Below are positions 59,095 to 64,000 of a stretch of 64,000 bases of DNA, one piece after another. The notes under the pieces were generated by a model. That model was not told where the DNA came from, ran no database searches, and saw only the letters and a program-made list of their open reading frames with translations. This DNA is from Longimicrobiales bacterium (GTDB lineage Bacteria > Gemmatimonadota > Gemmatimonadetes > Longimicrobiales > Gaopeijiaceae). The translations under genes were made by a program, and so were the position numbers. Every line of letters begins with the position of its first letter. The stretch's first letter is position 1. The stretch covers positions 1,088,001 through 1,152,000 of the forward strand of contig CBDCNQ010000004.1 of assembly GCA_965219445.1 (NCBI GenBank). Direction: 5' to 3'.

Positions 59095-60882
59095 GTGGCC
59101 CATCCCCTTCGAGGTCCGGCGCGTAAAAGCGCGATTCAAAGAGTCACCTCCTGTGCTGTCGCGTCCCTCATCGGGCTCTTCAGTTTGTATTCCATCGCGG
59201 GCGCGCAGTCGCTCGTCGACAGCTATACGCCCGTGACCGAGGCCATGCTACTCAGCCCACCGGACGGCGAGTGGCTGATGTGGCGCCGAACCTACAACCA
59301 CTGGGGGTACAGCCCCCTCGACCAGATCAACACGTCGAACGTAGGCGACCTCCGCCTGGCATGGGCGTGGACCATGGAACCGGGCATGCAGGAAACGACC
59401 CCTTTGGTGCACGACGGGGTCATGTTTCTGCCTCAGGCGTGCGACTTCATCGAGGCGGTGGACGCGCGGGACGGAACGCCGCTCTGGGACTACCGCCGCG
59501 AGCGCGTCGAGCACGCGGCGACCCTGGCGTGCGCCAACCGCAACGCGGCGCTCTACGGCGACCGGCTCTTCCTCGCTACCCACGACGCCTATCTGGTCGC
59601 CCTCGACGCTCGCACAGGAGAGGTCGAGTGGGAGAAGCAGGTTGGGGATTGGACCGTGGGACAGCACTACTCCGGTGGGCCCCAGATCATCAAGGGTCAG
59701 GTCGTCGCGGGCATGTCCGGCTGCTATTTCATCAACACAGGCTGCTGGATCTCGGCCCACGACCTCGAGACGGGTGAGGAGTTGTGGCGCACGCGCACGA
59801 TCCCACAGCAAGGGGAGCCCGGAAGCGAAACCTGGGGAGCCCTTCCAGACGAGCAACGCCGGGGAGGCTCCGCCTGGATTGCCCCGAGCTACGATCCGGA
59901 GCTGAACCTGATCTATAGCGGAGTGGGCGTGCCGGTCCCGTGGGGATCGGTCCAACGAGACACAGGCGGCGGCGACGTCCTCTACACGAATTCGACGCTG
60001 GCCCTGAATGCCGACACGGGCGAGATGGTGTGGTACTTCCAACATCTGCCGGGGGACGAGTGGGACCAGGACCACCCCTTCGAGCGCATCCTGGTTGAGA
60101 CGGAGGTTTCACCCGACCCGGACGCAGTGGCGTGGCTGAATCCCGACATCACGCCGGGCGGCCGACGCAAGGTGGTCACCGGTGTTCCGGGCAAGCCGGG
60201 CCTCGTTTGGACACTAGACGCCGCTACGGGGGACTTCCTGTGGGCACGAGAGACGAGTTACCAGAACGTCATCGTGGATGTCGACATAGCGGGGCGGAAG
60301 GGAATCGCGAACCCAACCATCAGGCCCCAGGCGATCGAGGAGGAAACCCTCGTCTGTCCACACCTGGCAGGCGGCGGCATCAGCTGGCAAGCGGTGGCAT
60401 ACAGCCCAGAAACGAACGCCCTCTACACGCCGACCAACAACGCCTGCATGATCTACACGCTGAATCTGGTGGAGCCGACGATCGGTTTGCACCACGCCTC
60501 CGCGACTTCCCGGCGAGTGCAGGTGCCCAACTCCGACGAGCAGGTCGGTCAGCTCACGTCCGTGAACGTGGCCACGGGACGAACGCGTTGGCTGCATAGG
60601 CAAAGGGCGGGGATCGGCGGGTCCCTGCTCGCCACGGGCGGCGGGTTGGTTTTCGTCACCGACGACGCACGGCGCTTTCGCGCCTTCGACGCCGACACGG
60701 GTGAGATTCTGTGGGAGCAGATTCTCAACTCGACCGCCGGAGGGTACCCGGTCAGCTATAGCGTGGACGGTGTTCAATACATCGCCATCGCAGCCGGTGG
60801 GGGGGTAAACTACCGGAGCATCACCCCGGAGATCCGGCAGCGGGGCGGGGGTAATACACTCTTCGTGTTTCGGCTGCCCTGA
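59095..60882 (+). CDS. PQQ-binding beta-propeller dehydrogenase-like protein
   Basis: YSPLDQIN, ETTPLV, WYFQH, WDQD, YSVDGVQYIA. Confidence 0.88.
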   Translation: MAHPLRGPARKSAIQRVTSCAVASLIGLFSLYSIAGAQSLVDSYTPVTEAMLLSPPDGEWLMWRRTYNHWGYSPLDQINTSNVGDLRLAWAWTMEPGMQETTPLVHDGVMFLPQACDFIEAVDARDGTPLWDYRRERVEHAATLACANRNAALYGDRLFLATHDAYLVALDARTGEVEWEKQVGDWTVGQHYSGGPQIIKGQVVAGMSGCYFINTGCWISAHDLETGEELWRTRTIPQQGEPGSETWGALPDEQRRGGSAWIAPSYDPELNLIYSGVGVPVPWGSVQRDTGGGDVLYTNSTLALNADTGEMVWYFQHLPGDEWDQDHPFERILVETEVSPDPDAVAWLNPDITPGGRRKVVTGVPGKPGLVWTLDAATGDFLWARETSYQNVIVDVDIAGRKGIANPTIRPQAIEEETLVCPHLAGGGISWQAVAYSPETNALYTPTNNACMIYTLNLVEPTIGLHHASATSRRVQVPNSDEQVGQLTSVNVATGRTRWLHRQRAGIGGSLLATGGGLVFVTDDARRFRAFDADTGEILWEQILNSTAGGYPVSYSVDGVQYIAIAAGGGVNYRSITPEIRQRGGGNTLFVFRLP

Positions 60883-60964
60883 GGCGCCCAAAGAGGTCGC
60901 GTACCAAGCCCTGAAGGCCAGAACCGGAGTCCTGGCCGCTGAGGCTTTGCGATTCGCAGGGGAG

Positions 60965-61456
60965 CTAGTGCCCCTCCCCGTCATCGTCTGCAGACGGGCC
61001 ATAAATCGCCGGGACTTTACTGCCCATGGGACGCAGATGCGTGCTGAGTTGCCCCCGGTGGTGCACCGAGTCAAGGAAGAGGATCCAGGCCAGCTGCATG
61101 CGCGGCCCCTCCATGACCTCGTGCTCGCCAACGAGAAACTTCGCCGGGCTCATCCAGGTCTCCTCGTCCACGTTTCCCAGCCGTTCGATCAATTCTCCGA
61201 ACGTCTGGTCGAGTGTCGCAACCGCGTCGTCTACGCTTTCGAAGGGCACCTGGTTACGGTGATTGATCACGCCATCGTCGAGGAGCTCGATCAGGTCCTG
61301 GTTGTGCCCGATCATGTGTCCGATGAGATCTTCTGCGCTGCGTGCTTTAGGATCGGGGCGGTACCCCCTGCCCTCCTCGGGGACTGCGCCCACGACATTG
61401 CAGAAGAGTCCGCGCTCATGTCCCAGAATCCCTTGCAAAAACGCTGGAGTGCTCAT
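60965..61456 (-). CDS. DinB family protein
   Basis: YRP.PK.RS...L..H, HHRGQL...LR..G..VP.IYGPS. Confidence 0.88.
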   Translation of the reverse strand: MSTPAFLQGILGHERGLFCNVVGAVPEEGRGYRPDPKARSAEDLIGHMIGHNQDLIELLDDGVINHRNQVPFESVDDAVATLDQTFGELIERLGNVDEETWMSPAKFLVGEHEVMEGPRMQLAWILFLDSVHHRGQLSTHLRPMGSKVPAIYGPSADDDGEGH

Positions 61457-61612
61457 GGAAACGTCCTTCCTGAAGATGAGTTGAGGATAAGAAGCAGGAG
61501 AATCTTACTTTCCCGGGACGGTTAGGCCAGCCCTGGCCCCTGGCGCGAATCCCCGGAACGCCCTCATTTCATCGCTCTCGCACGCCCCGGCACACCCATG
61601 AGGAGCCAACCT

Positions 61613-62485
61613 ATGAAGACTTTGCCCAAGCTCGGATATGTGGCCCTGATTTTAGCGGCCGGGAGCACGTTGCTGCCGGCCCAAGCGTTCGCCCAAGGAC
61701 GGTTCGACAATGTCGAGGTCGTGGCGCATCACGTGGCGGGGAGCGTCTACTACCTTGCAGGCCAGGGCGGGAACATCGGTGTGTCCGTGGGTGAGGACGG
61801 CGTCGTCATGATCGACGATCAGTTCGCTCCGCTCACCGACAAGATCGTCGCTGCCATCCGAGGCATCTCGAACGGGGACATCCGGTTTTTGATCAACACC
61901 CACGTCCACGGCGACCACACCGGGGGTAACGAGAACATGGGCAGGATGGGCGTGCTGATCCTCGCCAGGGATGAAGTGCGCGTTCGTCTCGCGGCCCAAT
62001 CTCCGGAAGACGCATTGCCCGTCCTGACCTACAGCGATGCGATCACGATCCACCTGAACGGAGGAGAGGTCTACGCCGCTCCCCTCCCTCCCGGCCATAC
62101 GGACGGCGACAGCTACATTCATTTCCGCGACGACGATGTGATCCACGTTGGGGACGTCTTCCGGACCGTGGCCTTCCCCGTCATCGATCGGAACAACGGC
62201 GGCACGCTCCAGGGGACGATCGACGCGCTGGCGATCCTGGCCGGACTAGGCGGCCCCAACACCATGTACGTTCCGGGACACGGTGAGGTCTCGACCCGGG
62301 AGGACGTCATGGAGTTTCGGGATATGGTCATGACGGTGAAGGACCGCGTCGCGGCCCTGATCGCGAACGGCGCCAGCTACGATGATGTGGCGGCCGCGCG
62401 CACAACCGCCCGGTGGGAGGCCCGTTGGGGCGACCCCGAGCGGTTTCTGACCGCCGTATACGCCGAGCTCAACGGAACGGAATGA
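61613..62485 (+). CDS. MBL-fold metallo-hydrolase (cyclase-like), secreted
   Basis: THVHGDHTGGN, GHTDGD, GD, VPGHG. Confidence 0.9.
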   Translation: MKTLPKLGYVALILAAGSTLLPAQAFAQGRFDNVEVVAHHVAGSVYYLAGQGGNIGVSVGEDGVVMIDDQFAPLTDKIVAAIRGISNGDIRFLINTHVHGDHTGGNENMGRMGVLILARDEVRVRLAAQSPEDALPVLTYSDAITIHLNGGEVYAAPLPPGHTDGDSYIHFRDDDVIHVGDVFRTVAFPVIDRNNGGTLQGTIDALAILAGLGGPNTMYVPGHGEVSTREDVMEFRDMVMTVKDRVAALIANGASYDDVAAARTTARWEARWGDPERFLTAVYAELNGTE

Positions 62486-62488
62486 ACT

Positions 62489-62522
62489 CGAGGCCCCGCA
62501 GCACGCTCGCTGCGGGGCCTCG
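62489..62522. terminator. 14-bp perfect GC-rich hairpin between convergent genes
   Basis: CGAGGCCCCGCAGC-ACGCTC-GCTGCGGGGCCTCG; no clear U-tract. Confidence 0.6.
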
Positions 62523-62543
62523 GCTGGCCGATCGAAATCGTCC

Positions 62544-63203
62544 CTAATTCGGCTGAGAAACGATCCGCAGATACGGCTTGGGTGCACTCCATCCCTCCGG
62601 GTACTTCTCTTCGGCCTCCTCATTGGAAACCGAGGGCACGATGATCACGTCTTCGCCCTGTTTCCAGTTGGCCGGGGTCGCGACCTGGTGGTTCGCCGTC
62701 AACTGAATCGAGTCCAGGACGCGAAGCACTTCATGGAAGTTGCGGCCCGTGGTCATAGGGTAGGTGAGCGTGAGTTTGACCTTCTTGTCTGGCCCGATCA
62801 CGAACAGCTTGCGCACGGTTTGGTTGTCGCCTGCCGTCCTCTCCCCGGCGCTTCCCTCCGCGTTGGGATGGAGCATGCCGAAGAGCTTGGCGATGCTCAG
62901 ATCGGTGTCTCCGATGAGCGGATAGCCGACCGCGTTTCCGGTGGTCTCCTCGATGTCTTTGGACCACTCGGCATGATCACCGACGGAGTCGACGCTCAAG
63001 CCGACAATCTTGCAGTTGCGCTTCTCGAACTCCGGCTGGAGGCCCGCCACCGAACCCAGCTCGGTCGTGCAGACCGGCGTGAAGTCCTTGGGATGCGAGA
63101 ACAGCACGGCCCAGCCGTCCCCGATCCAATCGTGGAAGTTGATCGTCCCTTGTGTGCTCTCAGCTGAGAAATCGGGTACCTCATCACCCAATTGTACGGA
63201 CAT
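62544..63203 (-). CDS. 1-Cys peroxiredoxin (Prx6)
   Basis: FSHPKDFTPVCTTE, YPMTTGRNF, ATPANW. Confidence 0.95.
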   Translation of the reverse strand: MSVQLGDEVPDFSAESTQGTINFHDWIGDGWAVLFSHPKDFTPVCTTELGSVAGLQPEFEKRNCKIVGLSVDSVGDHAEWSKDIEETTGNAVGYPLIGDTDLSIAKLFGMLHPNAEGSAGERTAGDNQTVRKLFVIGPDKKVKLTLTYPMTTGRNFHEVLRVLDSIQLTANHQVATPANWKQGEDVIIVPSVSNEEAEEKYPEGWSAPKPYLRIVSQPN

Positions 63204-63328
63204 GGGATGTCTCCTTTTCAGATGTCTCCTTTAGACAGACCCCACTGGAACGTACGAGCGTACGACCGAGTGGAGCCTCTTGTCCAGAGGCTACACCACT
63301 TGTGCAGCGGCCACCCCACTGAAATCCC

Positions 63329-64000
63329 TCAACGGACGCGTGCCCGATAGACACTTTGGAAGCTGCCCGCCCCCACCCCCCGACAGAAATTCGCTTCGAT
63401 CGCCTCCTCCGAGCACTCGGCGAACACGTCGAGTTGGATTACTCCGGCCTGGAAATCGAGGCGTATGTATCCCCGTAACCCCGCCGCGAACCGGCTACCG
63501 TCAATGGGCCCCGCACCGGTGACCTTGCTGCCGCTGCCGGAAATGAGGTGCAGGACCGAGGAGCCCTCCTCGGATTCGTCGATGACCTGGAGCGAGTGAT
63601 CGTGCCCGGCCACGTAGATGACGGACCGCGAGGCCCGATCAAAGGCCCCGGACAGGCTATCGATAAGGGCTCGGTACCGAGGGGCGTTGAGATCCCCCCT
63701 CAACAAGCCCATGCGATTCGCCAACCACCTAGGGAAACTGGTATTCCCTCCGTGCGGCCCTCCCGTCCGCAGCGGATGGTGGCCCGCGACGATTACGGGG
63801 ACGTTCGACGCTTCGGACAGCAAGCGCTCCACTTCCCGAACCACGCCCTCCTTCGTGGAAGGGCTGCATCGCGAGGCGGCCGACGGGCCCAGCATCCACC
63901 ATGGAGTGTCCAGCAAGACGAGCGCGGCCAGAACGTCCCCACGGGAATCCTCCAGATCCTCGCGCTCGGGGCCGGGACACCCAGCCTGAGGCATGAGGCT
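63329..64000 (-). CDS. Metallophosphoesterase family protein, C-terminal part (partial)
   Basis: LDTPWW, AGHHPL, AGHDHSLQ, SGSGSK. Confidence 0.75.
   Translation of the reverse strand, partial: SLMPQAGCPGPEREDLEDSRGDVLAALVLLDTPWWMLGPSAASRCSPSTKEGVVREVERLLSEASNVPVIVAGHHPLRTGGPHGGNTSFPRWLANRMGLLRGDLNAPRYRALIDSLSGAFDRASRSVIYVAGHDHSLQVIDESEEGSSVLHLISGSGSKVTGAGPIDGSRFAAGLRGYIRLDFQAGVIQLDVFAECSEEAIEANFCRGVGAGSFQSVYRARVR

Overview
GC-rich bacterial window. The gene families (DUF5916, NHL, PQQ-propeller, Bat VWA/TPR) suggest Gemmatimonadota or a similar lineage; this is inference only. It holds about 60 CDS, and I could recognise no rRNA, tRNA or CRISPR array. The main item is a ~20 kb, 18-gene biosynthetic island (2829-22680). 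It joins a non-canonical GTP-derived heterocycle module (RibA paralogue, creatininase, deaminase-less RibD, Cys-less PTPS/QueD homologue, Zn-dehydrogenase, GT4, methyltransferases, CDP-alcohol phosphotransferase, LtaS/OpgB-like phosphotransferase, cytochrome b561) to a glycan synthesis/export module (GH-A/GT2 fusion, ABC exporter, two GTs, PIG-L deacetylase, LON-N protein, Trm112-methyltransferase). The ribA paralogue heads the glycan operon. The rest is accessory or housekeeping genes with many lesions: an IS30 with a frameshifted transposase splitting an MFS gene, a frameshifted histidine kinase, and several orphan gene ends left by deletions. All calls come from motif recognition by eye; no searches were run.
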